Assembly: GCA_963726375.1 (NCBI GenBank)
Contig: CAVSCE010000006.1
Location: forward strand, 102,581-166,580
Length of the DNA: 64,000 nt
From: an uncultured Chloroflexia bacterium
GTDB taxonomy: Bacteria; Chloroflexota; Anaerolineae; Anaerolineales; UBA4823
Reading direction: 5' to 3'
Shown: in pieces, positions 12,510 to 23,296 of the stretch
How positions within the stretch are numbered: the first letter of the stretch is position 1
How the letters are laid out: each line of letters opens with the position of its first letter
Position numbers and translations under genes: made by a program
The notes under the pieces: generated by a model
Databases searched by the model: none
What the model was told of the DNA's origin: nothing
The model's input: the letters and a program-made list of their open reading frames with translations, nothing else

Positions 12510-12692
12510 ATGGCAAAGAAAAGCATGATTATCCGGGAGACGCGGAGAAAATATCCTACTCGCGTGCGGAATCGCTGCAAAGTATGCGGCCGGCCACGCG
12601 GCTATTATCGCCGTTTTGGATTATGCCGGATTTGTCTACGTGAACTGGCGCTAGAAGGTAAAATCCCGGGCGTTACTAAGTCTTCCTGGTAG
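12510..12692 (+). CDS. rpsN: 30S ribosomal protein S14, type Z (zinc-binding, 60 aa)
   Basis: [20 protein letters not shown] motif. Confidence 0.92.
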   Translation: MAKKSMIIRETRRKYPTRVRNRCKVCGRPRGYYRRFGLCRICLRELALEGKIPGVTKSSW

Positions 12693-12711
12693 CCGGGCGG
12701 AGGTTTAGAAG

Positions 12712-13125
12712 ATGAATATTACAGATCCTATCGGCGATATGTTAACCCGCATTCGGAATGCGGTAATGTCTGGTCACACAACTGTGGCGGTTCCTGGATC
12801 GCACATTAAGCAGGACATTGCGAAGATTTTACAGGACGAAGGCTATATCAGTGGGTTTGAACTCGTAGATGGTAAGGTTGTCGGATCCACCATCTTGAGA
12901 ATTCAGCTGAAATATGTCGGTGAGCGTCGCGAACGGCGATCAGTGATCTCCGGTCTTGAGCGCATCAGTCGCCCCGGTCGACGGGTATACACCAACAAAC
13001 AGGAAATCCCCTGGGTGTTGTCTGGATTGGGCATTGCGATTGTTTCCACACCCAAGGGTGTGATGACCGGCCAGCGCGCTCGCCAGTTGGGTGTTGGCGG
13101 CGAGGTCCTTTGCAAAGTCTGGTAA
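12712..13125 (+). CDS. rpsH: 30S ribosomal protein S8
   Basis: A 137-aa ORF beginning [17 protein letters not shown]. Confidence 0.95.
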   Translation: MNITDPIGDMLTRIRNAVMSGHTTVAVPGSHIKQDIAKILQDEGYISGFELVDGKVVGSTILRIQLKYVGERRERRSVISGLERISRPGRRVYTNKQEIPWVLSGLGIAIVSTPKGVMTGQRARQLGVGGEVLCKVW

Positions 13126-13135
13126 GGAGGTTCTG

Positions 13136-13678
13136 GTGTCTAGAATTGGTCGCATGCCAATTGTTGTTCCTGAGAAAGTAGACGTGGAAGTGAAAGGTTC
13201 TTCGGTCCGAATCAAAGGCCCGAAAGGTGAAATGCAGCGGACTTTTCCTCCTTCTATGATCATAGATCTGGATGATGGTGTCATTGAAGTGAAACGCGCC
13301 ACTGATGGGCGTATGGACCGCTCCCTTCATGGGATGACCCGTGCGCTGATTAATAATATGGTAGTTGGCGTCAGCTCTGGCTTTGAAAAAACCCTGGAGG
13401 TGAACGGTGTAGGTTACCGCGCCGAGGTCCAGGGGCAGAACCTCGTCCTGTATGTCGGTTATTCACATCCCGTTGTTATGGAACCGCCAGTTGGGATTTC
13501 CTTCAACACGGATAATAAAACCCGTCAAATCAAAGTCATGGGTTACGATAAAGCGCTTGTCGGCCAAATTGCGGCCGATATTCGAAAAGTTCGACCTCCG
13601 GAACCCTACAAGGGCAAGGGAATTAAGTATCTGGACGAGAAAATCCGCCGCAAGGCTGGCAAGGCTGGTAAGGTGTAA
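13136..13678 (+). CDS. rplF: 50S ribosomal protein L6
   Basis: The GTG at 13136 encodes [12 protein letters not shown] and is preceded by GGTAAGGAGG. Confidence 0.9.
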   Translation: MSRIGRMPIVVPEKVDVEVKGSSVRIKGPKGEMQRTFPPSMIIDLDDGVIEVKRATDGRMDRSLHGMTRALINNMVVGVSSGFEKTLEVNGVGYRAEVQGQNLVLYVGYSHPVVMEPPVGISFNTDNKTRQIKVMGYDKALVGQIAADIRKVRPPEPYKGKGIKYLDEKIRRKAGKAGKV

Positions 13679-13680
13679 TC

Positions 13681-14049
13681 ATGGGTACGATGAAATCACG
13701 TTCAGAAGCTCGAAACCGCAGGCATTTGCGCGTTCGTATGCATGTCCACGGTACCCCCGAGCGGCCTCGTCTCTGTGTATTTCGCAGCATGGCTGAGATT
13801 TATGCACAGGTTATCGATGATAACGCCGGCCACACCCTGGTCTCTGCCTCCACGATCGATCAAGAGCTGCGTTCAAAGGCTGGCGGTTTGAAGAAAACCG
13901 AACAGGCCAGCCTGGTAGGCAAAGCTGTTGCGGAGCGCGCCATGGCAAAAGGGATTGATAAGGTCGTATTCGACCGCGGTGGTTACCGTTACATCGGGCG
14001 TGTGAAAGCCTTGGCAGACGCGGCTCGAGAAGGCGGACTGGAGTTCTAG
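13681..14049 (+). CDS. rplR: 50S ribosomal protein L18
   Basis: A 122-aa ORF with L18 family sequence. Confidence 0.9.
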   Translation: MGTMKSRSEARNRRHLRVRMHVHGTPERPRLCVFRSMAEIYAQVIDDNAGHTLVSASTIDQELRSKAGGLKKTEQASLVGKAVAERAMAKGIDKVVFDRGGYRYIGRVKALADAAREGGLEF

Positions 14050-14081
14050 CAGCTGCAGGTTAGGCTGCAAGAAGCAGCCTG

Positions 14082-14636
14082 ATGCAGCTTAAGGAGAAGG
14101 TTATGTCAGACTACGAATTCAGTGAATTTACGCCACAGGAATTGGACGAGCGTGTAGTTGATATCGCACGTGTTGCAAAAGTGGTTAAAGGTGGGCGGCG
14201 TTTCTCGTTCCGAGTTACCGTTGTGGTTGGGGATAATCGCGGCAGTGTGGGTGTTGGAATAGGCAAGGCAAATGCCGTGCCAGATGCGATGCGGAAAGCC
14301 TCAGAGCACGCGCGGAAAGACATGCATAAGGTGTCAACCTACAAAACAACGATTCCCCACGAGGTACTTGGACAGGTCAGCGGCGCCCGGGTGTTGTTAA
14401 AACCGGCTTCAGCTGGAACCGGGGTTATTGCAGGTGGTGGAGTTCGCGCCGTGCTCGAAGCGGTAGGAATATCTGATATTCTGACCAAATCACTCGGCAG
14501 TAATAATATCTTGAATGTGGTTGAAGCGACGATGTCTGCTTTGGATCAATTGAAATTCCCAGAACAGGAAGCGATGCGCCGAGGAAAATCGGCTAAGGAT
14601 CTTGCCCCTTACTGGGAGAGGAGCAAAAATGCCTAA
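14082..14636 (+). CDS. rpsE: 30S ribosomal protein S5
   Basis: [14 protein letters not shown] motif. Confidence 0.93.
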   Translation: MQLKEKVMSDYEFSEFTPQELDERVVDIARVAKVVKGGRRFSFRVTVVVGDNRGSVGVGIGKANAVPDAMRKASEHARKDMHKVSTYKTTIPHEVLGQVSGARVLLKPASAGTGVIAGGGVRAVLEAVGISDILTKSLGSNNILNVVEATMSALDQLKFPEQEAMRRGKSAKDLAPYWERSKNA

Positions 14637-14856
14637 AGCAGCCGCTTCAAAACAAAAAGCTCCCCAGCCCAAGGTTATTCGGATAACCCTGGTGAAGAGT
14701 CCAATTGGCTATTCAGTTCGCCACAAGGCGACGGTTCGCGCATTGGGCTTGTGCCGCATGAACCAGACGGTCGAGCAGGTGGATTCTCCTACGCTGCGTG
14801 GCATGCTTGCCAAAGTGAACCATCTGGTTGAGATAGAGGAAGCTACAGAAGCATAG
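14629..14856 (+). CDS. rpmD: 50S ribosomal protein L30
   Basis: [25 protein letters not shown] motif. The ATG at 14629 overlaps the rpsE stop codon. Confidence 0.85.
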   Translation: MPKAAASKQKAPQPKVIRITLVKSPIGYSVRHKATVRALGLCRMNQTVEQVDSPTLRGMLAKVNHLVEIEEATEA

Positions 14857-14864
14857 GGAATAAG

Positions 14865-15317
14865 ATGAAACTGCACGATCTTAAACCACAAGAAGGATCG
14901 AAAAAAGAACGCGAACGCGTAGGTCGTGGCATATCTGGAGGACAAGGAAAAACCTCCGGTCGCGGCACAAAAGGTCAGGGCGCTCGCTCTGGCGGTGGAA
15001 CTCGCCCATACCATCAAGGCGGCAATCTACCTTTCTTTCGCCGCTTGCCGTTCGTTCGCGGCAAAGGATTTACTCCTTTCAATCGGGTTGTCTTTAACGA
15101 GGTCAATCTTGATCAGTTGAGCAAATTCGCTGCAGGCAGCGACGTAAACCCGGAAACCCTTCAGGAAGCCAGGCTTCTCAGTGAGCCGAAGCATCCGATT
15201 GTTATCCTGGGTCGGGGTGGAGTGGAAGTAGCTTTGAAGTTCCACGTTCACCGGGTCACTGCAAGCGCTCGCAGCAAGATCGAAGCGGCGGGCGGCAGCG
15301 TTGAGCTGATCCAGTAA
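14865..15317 (+). CDS. rplO: 50S ribosomal protein L15
   Basis: A 150-aa ORF that begins MKLHDLKP and is glycine- and arginine-rich. Confidence 0.92.
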   Translation: MKLHDLKPQEGSKKERERVGRGISGGQGKTSGRGTKGQGARSGGGTRPYHQGGNLPFFRRLPFVRGKGFTPFNRVVFNEVNLDQLSKFAAGSDVNPETLQEARLLSEPKHPIVILGRGGVEVALKFHVHRVTASARSKIEAAGGSVELIQ

Positions 15318-15340
15318 TCCTCAGGATAGGAGCCATCTAC

Positions 15341-16687
15341 ATGAAACGCTCTCCACTGCGTATTCTCTGGTCTGCTCCAGATATTCGCAAAAAATTGCTG
15401 ATCACACTTGGGATTTTGACGATTTATCGCCTGGCGGCACACGTGCCAGTCCCGGGGGTAAATCTCGATGCCCTACAGCAGATCTTTACAAGCGGCGGCG
15501 CGGCCGGGACTTTGTTCAGCTTGCTGGATTTACTCTCTGGCGGCACGGTATCGAATTTTTCTGTGCTCGCGATGGGTGTTTACCCTTACATCACCGCACA
15601 AATCATTTTGCAGCTGTTGGTACCAATCATCCCCGCGCTGCAAAAGCGAATGGAAGAAGATCCCCGCGAAGGCCAGAAGTGGATGGAAAAATGGACTTAC
15701 ATCCTGGCCGTCCCAATGGCTGCCCTGCAGGCGGTCGGCCAGATTAATATTTTTAACCAATATACTGGTGGAACGCCAATCATCGATAATTTTGGTTTCG
15801 TGCCGGGTTCTTTCGTCTCTTCTTTTGCAATCATCGCAAGCATGACAGCAGGCACGATGTTCGCGATCTGGTTGGGAGAGTTGATCTCGGAATTCGGAAT
15901 CCGTAACCAGGGGCTTTCCTTGATCATCTTTGCGGGTATCGTCTCGCGCATCCCAACGAACTTCGCTGGCTTGCTGGCTGACGAACAAAACCGGATTTTC
16001 CTGGTGCTCTTTACAGTTATTATCACGACATTAACTGTCTTCGCAATCGTGTTTGTACAGCAAGGCCGCCGCAATGTTCCAGTGATGTACCCTGGTCGCC
16101 GCATGGGGAACCGGATGTCGATGCCTGTCAAAGGCACTTTACCTTTGATGGTCAATATGGCAGGCATGATCCCATTGATCTTTGCCCAATCGCTGCTGAC
16201 TTTCCCGGCGATCCTGGCGAGCTTCTTCGCGAATTCGCAAGTTGAATGGGTCAGAAATCTGGCTACAACAGTTCAAAACATGTTTGGCGGTAACAGCGAT
16301 TTCTATTGGATCACATACTTTCTCATGGTCGTCGCGTTTACCTTCTTCTACACCAATGTGCTCTTTCAACAGCAGAACTATGGTGAAAACTTAAAACGCG
16401 TGGGTGCGCAAATTCCAGGCGTAAGCCGCGGTGCTCCAACCCAGCGCTATTTGAATAAGGTACTGAGCCGGATTACGCTCCCAGGTGCGTTGTTCCTGGG
16501 CATTGTTGCGGTCCTGCCTTGGCTGCTCAGCTTGCTTCTGCCAAGACTGGGTACGCAATCCGCAAACTTGCTCCTGGTCTCTTCAGCGGGATTGTTGATC
16601 GTAGTCGGTGTTGTCCGGGATGCGTTCTTCAATATCCAGGCAGAGCTAAAACTGCATGGGTATGATGATGTCATGTTGATTCGTTAG
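15341..16687 (+). CDS. secY: Preprotein translocase SecY
   Basis: A 448-aa polytopic membrane ORF in the canonical position. Confidence 0.95.
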   Translation: MKRSPLRILWSAPDIRKKLLITLGILTIYRLAAHVPVPGVNLDALQQIFTSGGAAGTLFSLLDLLSGGTVSNFSVLAMGVYPYITAQIILQLLVPIIPALQKRMEEDPREGQKWMEKWTYILAVPMAALQAVGQINIFNQYTGGTPIIDNFGFVPGSFVSSFAIIASMTAGTMFAIWLGELISEFGIRNQGLSLIIFAGIVSRIPTNFAGLLADEQNRIFLVLFTVIITTLTVFAIVFVQQGRRNVPVMYPGRRMGNRMSMPVKGTLPLMVNMAGMIPLIFAQSLLTFPAILASFFANSQVEWVRNLATTVQNMFGGNSDFYWITYFLMVVAFTFFYTNVLFQQQNYGENLKRVGAQIPGVSRGAPTQRYLNKVLSRITLPGALFLGIVAVLPWLLSLLLPRLGTQSANLLLVSSAGLLIVVGVVRDAFFNIQAELKLHGYDDVMLIR

Positions 16688-16701
16688 CGAAGGACAGGGA
16701 A

Positions 16702-17357
16702 ATGTCGTTGTATATCGTTCTTCTTGGTCCGCCTGGAGCAGGAAAAGGGACTCAAGCACAGATCATCTCGAAAGAGTTCGAGCTTCCCCATATATCATCT
16801 GGGGACATCTTTCGAGAGAACCTGAAACTTGAAACCGAGTTGGGAATGCTAGCGAAAGGTTTCATGGACCGCGGCGAGCTTGTTCCAGACAATGTGACGA
16901 TCTCTATGATCCGGGATCGCCTCTCAAGGACCGACTGTGCGAATGGTGCGTTGCTGGACGGCTTTCCTCGTACGCCTGCCCAGGCTGTCGCCCTGTCTGA
17001 AATGCTGGCAGAGTTCAATGGGAGAGTTAACGCTGTACCTTACATAAAGGTCGTCGAATCTGTTTAATCGAACGGCTGACGGGCCGTTGGACCTGCCGCG
17101 CTCAAGGGCATGTTTATCATACAAAATATAACCCGCCCATCAAAGCCGGTACTTGCGATGTCGATGGATCGGAGCTTTACCAGCGAGACGACGATAAGGA
17201 AAATACGGTTAAGAACCGGATTAAAGTATATTTCCAGCAAACGATGCCATTGATAGAATATTATTCTAAAGAAAAATTGCTGATTGAGATTGATGGTGCT
17301 CTACCGATTGAGAATGTGAGCCAATTGTTATTGGCCGATCTGAAGAAGTTGGTATAA
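16702..17357 (+). CDS. adk: Adenylate kinase. A frameshift near 17058-17064 puts the C-terminal third in another frame.
   Basis: P-loop LGPPGAGKGTQ. The C-terminal LIERLTGRWTCRAQGHVYHTKYNPP...DDKENTVKNRIKVY segment is read in the other frame. Confidence 0.88.
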
Positions 17358-17363
17358 AAGAAA

Positions 17364-18140
17364 ATGAGCTGGGATCGCAATATCGTAATTAAAGACCAGG
17401 AGGAGTTAGCATTGATGCGAGAAGCAGGACGCGTGAATGCGCTTGCCCTCCAGACTGTCCGGGAAATGATCCGTCCTGGCGTCGCAACAATAGATTTAGA
17501 CACAGCCGCTGAAAACGTCATCCGCCGCCATGGTGGTGTCCCAATCTTCAAAGGCTACCCAGGGCCATATCCTTTTCCAGGAACGCTGTGCATCAGCATC
17601 AATCAAGAGCTTGTGCATGGGATTCCAGGAAAACGAAAACTTAAAGCGGGTGATATTGTCTCGATTGACTGTGGAACGTTGCTGAACGGTTTTGTTGGAG
17701 ATTCTGCCTTCTCAATCGGAGTAGGAGAGATTAGCCCTGAGGCACAGAGGCTGTTGGATGTTACTGAAAAGTCGTTGTATCTGGGGATCTCAAAAATGCG
17801 ACCTGGCAATCGGTCGGGAGATGTCTCATCTGCAATCCAACAGTACGTTGAGGGCGAAGGTTTCTTTGTAACCCGTGAATACACCGGGCATGGCGTCGGT
17901 CGTGAAATGCATGAAGGTCCTCAGGTACCCAATTATGGCGCACCCGGGCGTGGGGTAGAGCTCCGTCCAGGGATGACGATAGCGCTTGAGCCGATGGTGC
18001 TTGTGGGAACGGCACGCACCCGCGTGCTGGATGATCAATGGACGGTTGTATCTGCAGATGGCTCTCTTACCGCTCATTTTGAGCACTCCGTTGCAGTAAC
18101 GGAAGGTGAACCGGAGATCCTTACTCAATTGCCCAAATAG
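17364..18140 (+). CDS. map: Methionine aminopeptidase type I
   Basis: A 258-aa ORF carrying the MetAP metal-ligand motifs. Confidence 0.92.
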   Translation: MSWDRNIVIKDQEELALMREAGRVNALALQTVREMIRPGVATIDLDTAAENVIRRHGGVPIFKGYPGPYPFPGTLCISINQELVHGIPGKRKLKAGDIVSIDCGTLLNGFVGDSAFSIGVGEISPEAQRLLDVTEKSLYLGISKMRPGNRSGDVSSAIQQYVEGEGFFVTREYTGHGVGREMHEGPQVPNYGAPGRGVELRPGMTIALEPMVLVGTARTRVLDDQWTVVSADGSLTAHFEHSVAVTEGEPEILTQLPK

Positions 18141-18172
18141 AGGTGAATTCGTATGTCAAGATCAAATCGATC

Positions 18173-18201
18173 TGGACATAATACCTTGAAACAAGTATAA
18201 T
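18173..18201 (+). promoter_or_regulatory. Sigma-70-like promoter TGGACA-17bp-TATAAT upstream of rpmJ
   Basis: Hexamers at 18173-18178 and 18196-18201 with 17 nt between them. Confidence 0.5.
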
Positions 18202-18283
18202 CGAAACTTCGGCTAGAATTAACCAGGAAAGACACTGAGCAAGAAGAATGGGAATGACTGGCTGATCAGGAGAGCAAGAAGAT

Positions 18284-18397
18284 ATGAAAGTAACAGCATC
18301 CATCAAGAAACGCTGCGCCAACTGTAAGATTGTTAAGCGCAAAGGTATTTTGTACGTGATTTGTGAAAACCCAAAGCATAAACAACGACAGGGATAG
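18284..18397 (+). CDS. rpmJ: 50S ribosomal protein L36 (37 aa; below the ORF-track length cutoff)
   Basis: [37 protein letters not shown]. Confidence 0.9.
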   Translation: MKVTASIKKRCANCKIVKRKGILYVICENPKHKQRQG

Positions 18398-18403
18398 GCA
18401 GAG

Positions 18404-18793
18404 ATGGCACGTATCGAAGGCGTTGACTTACCGCGAAACAAGCGGACAGAAATTGGTTTGACCTATATCTATGGGATTGGTCTGACCCGTTCCCATGAAA
18501 TCTTAAATGCGACGAAGGTTGATCCCGACAAACGCATCAAAGACTTGACGGACGCAGAAGTAAACCTGCTGCGTGATTATATCTCTCAGCATCTGAAGGT
18601 CGAAGGTGACCTGCGCCGAGAAGTACAGCTCAATATCAAGCGTTTGATAGAAATTGGATGCTATCGCGGTCTGCGTCATCGCCGGAATTTACCGGTGCGC
18701 GGACAGAGGACTCGGACTAACTCCCGTACTCGCAAAGGTCCCAAGAAGACCGTTGCTGGGCGCGGGCGGCGTCGAGGCGCGACCAAGAAGTAA
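18404..18793 (+). CDS. rpsM: 30S ribosomal protein S13
   Basis: A 129-aa ORF beginning [10 protein letters not shown]. Confidence 0.95.
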   Translation: MARIEGVDLPRNKRTEIGLTYIYGIGLTRSHEILNATKVDPDKRIKDLTDAEVNLLRDYISQHLKVEGDLRREVQLNIKRLIEIGCYRGLRHRRNLPVRGQRTRTNSRTRKGPKKTVAGRGRRRGATKK

Positions 18794-18935
18794 TATCAAT
18801 CTGAGATCCGGAGATCAACATTCGGGCTGGATTGGGTACCCTTCCACCCTGCGGCTATCCAGCCTGAAGTAAGATCGTAGGATCAAAGTCATGTCGCCAA
18901 TTTGCGGCAAAGATATAATGAATTTGTGAGGTGCT

Positions 18936-19340
18936 ATGGCTCAAAGTGTACGCGCAACACGCCGAAAAGGCGGAGCGAAGAAGGTAAAGAGAACGCTGTC
19001 TTCCGGACAGGTTCACATATTTGCCACTTTCAACAACACGATCGTCACGGTAACCGATACTCAGGGAAACACCGTTTCCTGGGGTAGTGCTGGATCAGCA
19101 GGTTTCAAGGGATCGCGCAAGAGTACGCCTTTTGCAGCTCGTCTAGCGACAGAGCAGGCGATTAAAGCCGCAATGGCGATGGGATTGCAGGAAGTTGCCC
19201 TGTATGTAAAAGGACCAGGACCTGGTCGGGAATCAGCGATCAGAGCTGTTCAGTCGCAAGGCCTGAGGGTTTCAATAATCTCTGATGTGACCCCTGTTCC
19301 CCACAATGGATGCCGGCCTCCAAAGAAACGCCGCGTCTAG
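18936..19340 (+). CDS. rpsK: 30S ribosomal protein S11
   Basis: A 134-aa ORF with S11 family sequence. Confidence 0.93.
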   Translation: MAQSVRATRRKGGAKKVKRTLSSGQVHIFATFNNTIVTVTDTQGNTVSWGSAGSAGFKGSRKSTPFAARLATEQAIKAAMAMGLQEVALYVKGPGPGRESAIRAVQSQGLRVSIISDVTPVPHNGCRPPKKRRV

Positions 19341-19372
19341 GATTTTGTAAGGAAGGATAAGGTTTTTATTCT

Positions 19373-20011
19373 ATGGCTAAATATCGTGGGCCAGTCTGTA
19401 AATTATGCCGGCGTGAAGGCGAAAAATTGTTTTTGAAAGGGGCGCGTTGTTTCAGCCCGAAATGCTCCTTCGAACGTCGAGGTTATCCACCTGGCCAGCA
19501 TGGAAAAGGTGCACAATTCCGCCGCCGGCGGGAGTCGGATTATAATCGCCAATTGCGTGCGAAGCAGAAAGCTCGCCGGACGTATGGTGTGCTTGAGCGC
19601 CAATTTGTAAGATACTATCGAGTCTCTTGAAGTCGCCGTGGACTTACCGGCTTGAACCTGCTTCAGGTCCTGGAAACCCGGCTGGACAATGTCGTTTTCC
19701 GCCTGGGTTTTGCAGAAAGCCGTTCTCAGGCGCGTCTGCTGGTCACCCATGGGCATTTTATGGTCAACGACCGCCGGACGGATATCCCGTCGATGCTCGT
19801 TACGAAAGGCGATGTGGTTGCTGTCCGTGAAGGTTCGCAAGATCGCCCTTATTTCAAGGATTTGAGGGCCGTGTCTGAGGACAAAACTGTCCCAGCCTGG
19901 CTCAGCCGCGATTTGAAGAACCTCTCTGGTTCGGTCATCCGGCTGCCTGAGCGCTCGGAAATCGACAGCAACTTGCAAGAGCAGCTGATCGTCGAGTACT
20001 ATTCAAGATAA
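19373..20011 (+). CDS. rpsD: 30S ribosomal protein S4, interrupted by an in-frame TGA at 19628-19630. Both halves are in the same frame.
   Basis: [33 protein letters not shown] aligns to E. coli [29 protein letters not shown]. Confidence 0.88.
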
Positions 20012-20100
20012 TGTATGTCCTGGAAGATGATTCGCGTTGGTGCAGCCTGCTCGCGGCGCACCAGCCTGTCGGCATGGATAAAACGGGGATGAGGTGAACC

Positions 20101-21073
20101 GTGATCGGTCTCAGTAACATGGTAACGCCGAAAATTGAGCGCGAAGCAGAAGCGCGGAATTACGGCAAGTTCATCATCAACCCGCTGGAGCGTGGATACG
20201 GCATCACGCTCGGTAATGCCCTTCGCCGGGTCTTACTTTCCTCTCTTGAGGGTGCAGCGGTCACCTCCATTCGTATCGCGGATGTTCAGCATGAATTCTC
20301 GGATATCCCGGGGGTTCGTGAAGATGTCATCCGCTTGATGCTTCAAATAAAGCAGCTGCGAATGAAGCTTTTTGACGTGGATACCGCCCGACTTCACCTC
20401 GAAGTACGCGGAAGCGGGGTTGTAACTGCAGGCGATATCATCACACCGCCGGAAGTAGATATTGTCAACCCAGATCTCTATCTGTTCACAGTAGATGACA
20501 ATGATGCGCATTTTGAGATGGAGTTGACAGTTGAGCACGGGCGCGGTTACTCCCCGGCAGATGACCGGATCGGTCATCTGCCAATTGGCGAGCTGCCCGT
20601 CGACGCGATCTTCAGCCCGGTGCGGCGTGTGAATTGGGATGTTGGGTAATGCTCGGGTTGGTCAAAGCACGAATTTTGATCGGCTGATATTGGAAATTTG
20701 GACAGACGGTACCCTCGGTCCTGAAGACGCATTAAGCACCAGTGCGAAAGTCATCATTGACCACTTGCGCCATATTGCAGGCATCAGCGAGGAATCCCTG
20801 GCAGCTATTTCGTTGGAAGAGCCTGAAGGTGGTCGTTTGACCAGCGAGATGATTGAGACACCAATTGAAAACCTGGACCTTTCAGTAAGGGTTTTCAATT
20901 CACTCAAACGGACCGGCATTACCACGGTTGGTGAAGTGCTGGAATTGTTGGAGAAGGGTGACGAAGCTGTGATGTCCATCCGTAACTTCGGTGAGAAAAG
21001 CCTGGACGAGCTTCGGCAGAAGATGCACGAAAAAGGCTATCTTTCGGATGGCAATGAAAAAGAAGCGGAGTAA
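20101..21073 (+). CDS. rpoA: DNA-directed RNA polymerase alpha subunit. One extra nucleotide near 20646-20649 splits it into two pieces.
   Basis: N-terminal domain (ERGYGITLGNALRRVLLSS) and C-terminal domain (NARVGQSTNFDRLILEIWTDG...NSLKRTGITTVGEVL). Confidence 0.9.
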
Positions 21074-21079
21074 TAGAGT

Positions 21080-21457
21080 ATGCGGCACAGAGTAGCTGGA
21101 GTTAAATTAGGACGCAGCAGAGATCAGCGTGTAGCTTTGCGGCGCAACCTTGTCAAACAGTTGTTTGAACACGAACGCATCCAAACCACGCATGCCAAGG
21201 CAATCGCTGTGCGCGGCCAGGCAGAACGACTGATCACGCTGGCAAAGCTCGGCAATAAAGCTGGAGACGCGAAAATGGTGCATGCCAGGCGACTGGCCTC
21301 AGCGCGGTTGAGCGATGCAGATTCCGTCAAAAAGCTGTTCGATGATATCGCACCTCGTTTCGAAACCAGGAACGGCGGCTATACCCGGATCATCAAAATT
21401 GGACCACGCCGTGGCGATGCTGCGGAAATGGTCATTTTGGAATTGGTTGAAGGTTAA
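21080..21457 (+). CDS. rplQ: 50S ribosomal protein L17
   Basis: A 125-aa ORF beginning MRHRVAGVKLGRSRDQR. Confidence 0.93.
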   Translation: MRHRVAGVKLGRSRDQRVALRRNLVKQLFEHERIQTTHAKAIAVRGQAERLITLAKLGNKAGDAKMVHARRLASARLSDADSVKKLFDDIAPRFETRNGGYTRIIKIGPRRGDAAEMVILELVEG

Positions 21458-21492
21458 ATTCGAAGTTGACTGTCTGATCAGTTAACTGATAA

Positions 21493-22293
21493 ATGGCACG
21501 TTACCAGGTTATCCTCGCCTATGATGGCACTGATTTTCAAGGATTTCAGCGCCAGGCGAGAAGCAAGAATAGTCGTACTGTCCAGGCTGAAGTTGAGCGG
21601 CTCTCCACAAAGTGGGCTGGGACAGGGAAAAAATCCTGGCTGCAGGCAGGACGGATGCAGGCGTCCATGCTGGTGGTCAGGTGATTGCATTCGATCTTGA
21701 ATGGATCTCACCAAGATGATGACCTGATTGCAGCTTTGAATGCCAACCTGCCGTTGGATGTCGCTGTGAAAAAGGTATGTCAGGCAGAGCCGGATTTTCA
21801 TCCGAGATATGATGCCCTGGCTCGCCATTATCGTTATCGGATTTATTGTCAGCCTTTGCGAGATCCGCTGCGCGAACGATATGCCTGGCGAATTTGGCCG
21901 GCAGTCGACATGGAAATAATTAACGCAGCTGCAGCAATATTTGCCTGGATATCACGATTTTGGCGCCTTCGGTACCCCGCTCCGTTCTGGAGGCTCCACT
22001 GTACGGCATGTGATGAAAGCAGTCTGGCTGGCGCAGGCGGATGAGGTCATTTTTGATATCCTTGGAGATGCATTTCTTTACCGGATGGTGCGCAGATTGG
22101 TTGCTTTCCAGGTAGAAATTGGACAGGGCAGATTGGATATTGGATCGATCGCTGAATCTGCCTTGCAGACTGGTAAAGAAAGACCTTGTGAAAAACCTCG
22201 CACCTGCCACGAGGTCTGAACCTGGTGGAAGTCAAATATCTCAGCTCTGATGGAGAGTTCCAGCAATGGAACGCCTGGAACTGGGAAATATGA
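21493..22293 (+). CDS. truA: tRNA pseudouridine(38-40) synthase TruA, fragmented by at least four frameshifts (near 21625, 21705, 21960 and 22200)
   Basis: TruA segments (MARYQVILAYDGTDFQGFQRQ; AGRTDAGVHAGGQVIAFD; DDLIAALNANLPLDVAV; YLPGYHDFGAFG; AFLYRMVRRLV; GLNLVEVKY) lie in alternating frames. Confidence 0.8.
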
Positions 22294-22347
22294 AGTATCG
22301 AATTAAGATGCGGCCGCAGGCCTCGTCAATAAGCGGAGATGAAGAAC

Positions 22348-22788
22348 GTGGATAAGACGTATATACCGAAAGCAAAAGAGATCGAGCAGAATGGTACCTG
22401 GTAGATGCGAACGGTCAGAATCTTGGCCGGTTGGCTTCGCAGATTGCCACAGTATTGCTCGGCAAACACAAGCCGAACTTCACTCCTGGGATGGATACCG
22501 GAGATTTTGTAATTGTCGTCAACTGCGAGCATATCCAGGTGACTGGCAATAAATTGACAGAGAAGTTCTACTATCGTCATTCCTTGTATCCAAGCGGCCT
22601 GACCGCTACAAGTCTGAAAGATCAGCTCAAGAAACACCCAGATCGAGTGATCACCAAGCGCAGTCTGGGGTATGCTCCCGCATAATAAGTACGGCCGCCA
22701 GATCATCAAGAAATTAAAAGTCTATGCTGGGCCGGACCATCCCCATACCGCTCAGCAACCCAAGCCTTTGGTGCTCGGTAAGGAGTAG
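22348..22788 (+). CDS. rplM: 50S ribosomal protein L13. Two frameshifts (near 22377 and 22660).
   Basis: GTG start. [28 protein letters not shown] and ...[31 protein letters not shown]. The segments are in shifted frames. Confidence 0.85.
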
Positions 22789-22793
22789 AAAAT

Positions 22794-23190
22794 ATGGCAG
22801 TACAGTATTATGAAGGTGTTGGACGCCGCAAAGAAAGCACCGCACGGGTTCGCCTGATGAGCGGTTCGGGTAAGTTCATTGTAAACGAGCGACCCGCTGA
22901 AGATTATTTCCCACGCCTGGGCGATATTCAGGCGATCATGGCGCCTTTGCAGGCAGCTAACGAGAATCCCAGCCTGTTGGATATCAGCGTCGTCGTCAAG
23001 GGCGGCGGTGTGACCGGGCAGACCTCTGCAGTCCAGTTGGGGGTGGCGCGAGCGATCCTTAAAGATGAATCCGGATATGCGCTCGACGATGCGTAAGGGC
23101 GGTTTCCTGACTCGTGACGCGCGCATCAAGGAACGCAAGAAACCAGGATTGAAGCGAGCCCGAAAGGCGCCTACTTACACCAAGCGTTAA
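22794..23190 (+). CDS. rpsI: 30S ribosomal protein S9. One frameshift near 23063.
   Basis: The tail [33 protein letters not shown] lies in the adjacent frame. Confidence 0.88.
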
Positions 23191-23296
23191 TCTTCGCTGG
23201 CTTCTAATCGAGAATGCGTACTCCGGAATGCGCTCATCTCATCAAGTGCGCGTTGCGGGTTACGCATTTTGCATTTAAATTGAAGGAAGTAAATAA

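Noticed and set aside
19628-19630. TGA recoding (for example genetic code 4 or 25) as an explanation for the in-frame TGA in rpsD
   Set aside because: TGA clearly terminates rpoB (1266-1268) and fusA at their conserved ends. A substitution error or local mutation is more parsimonious.
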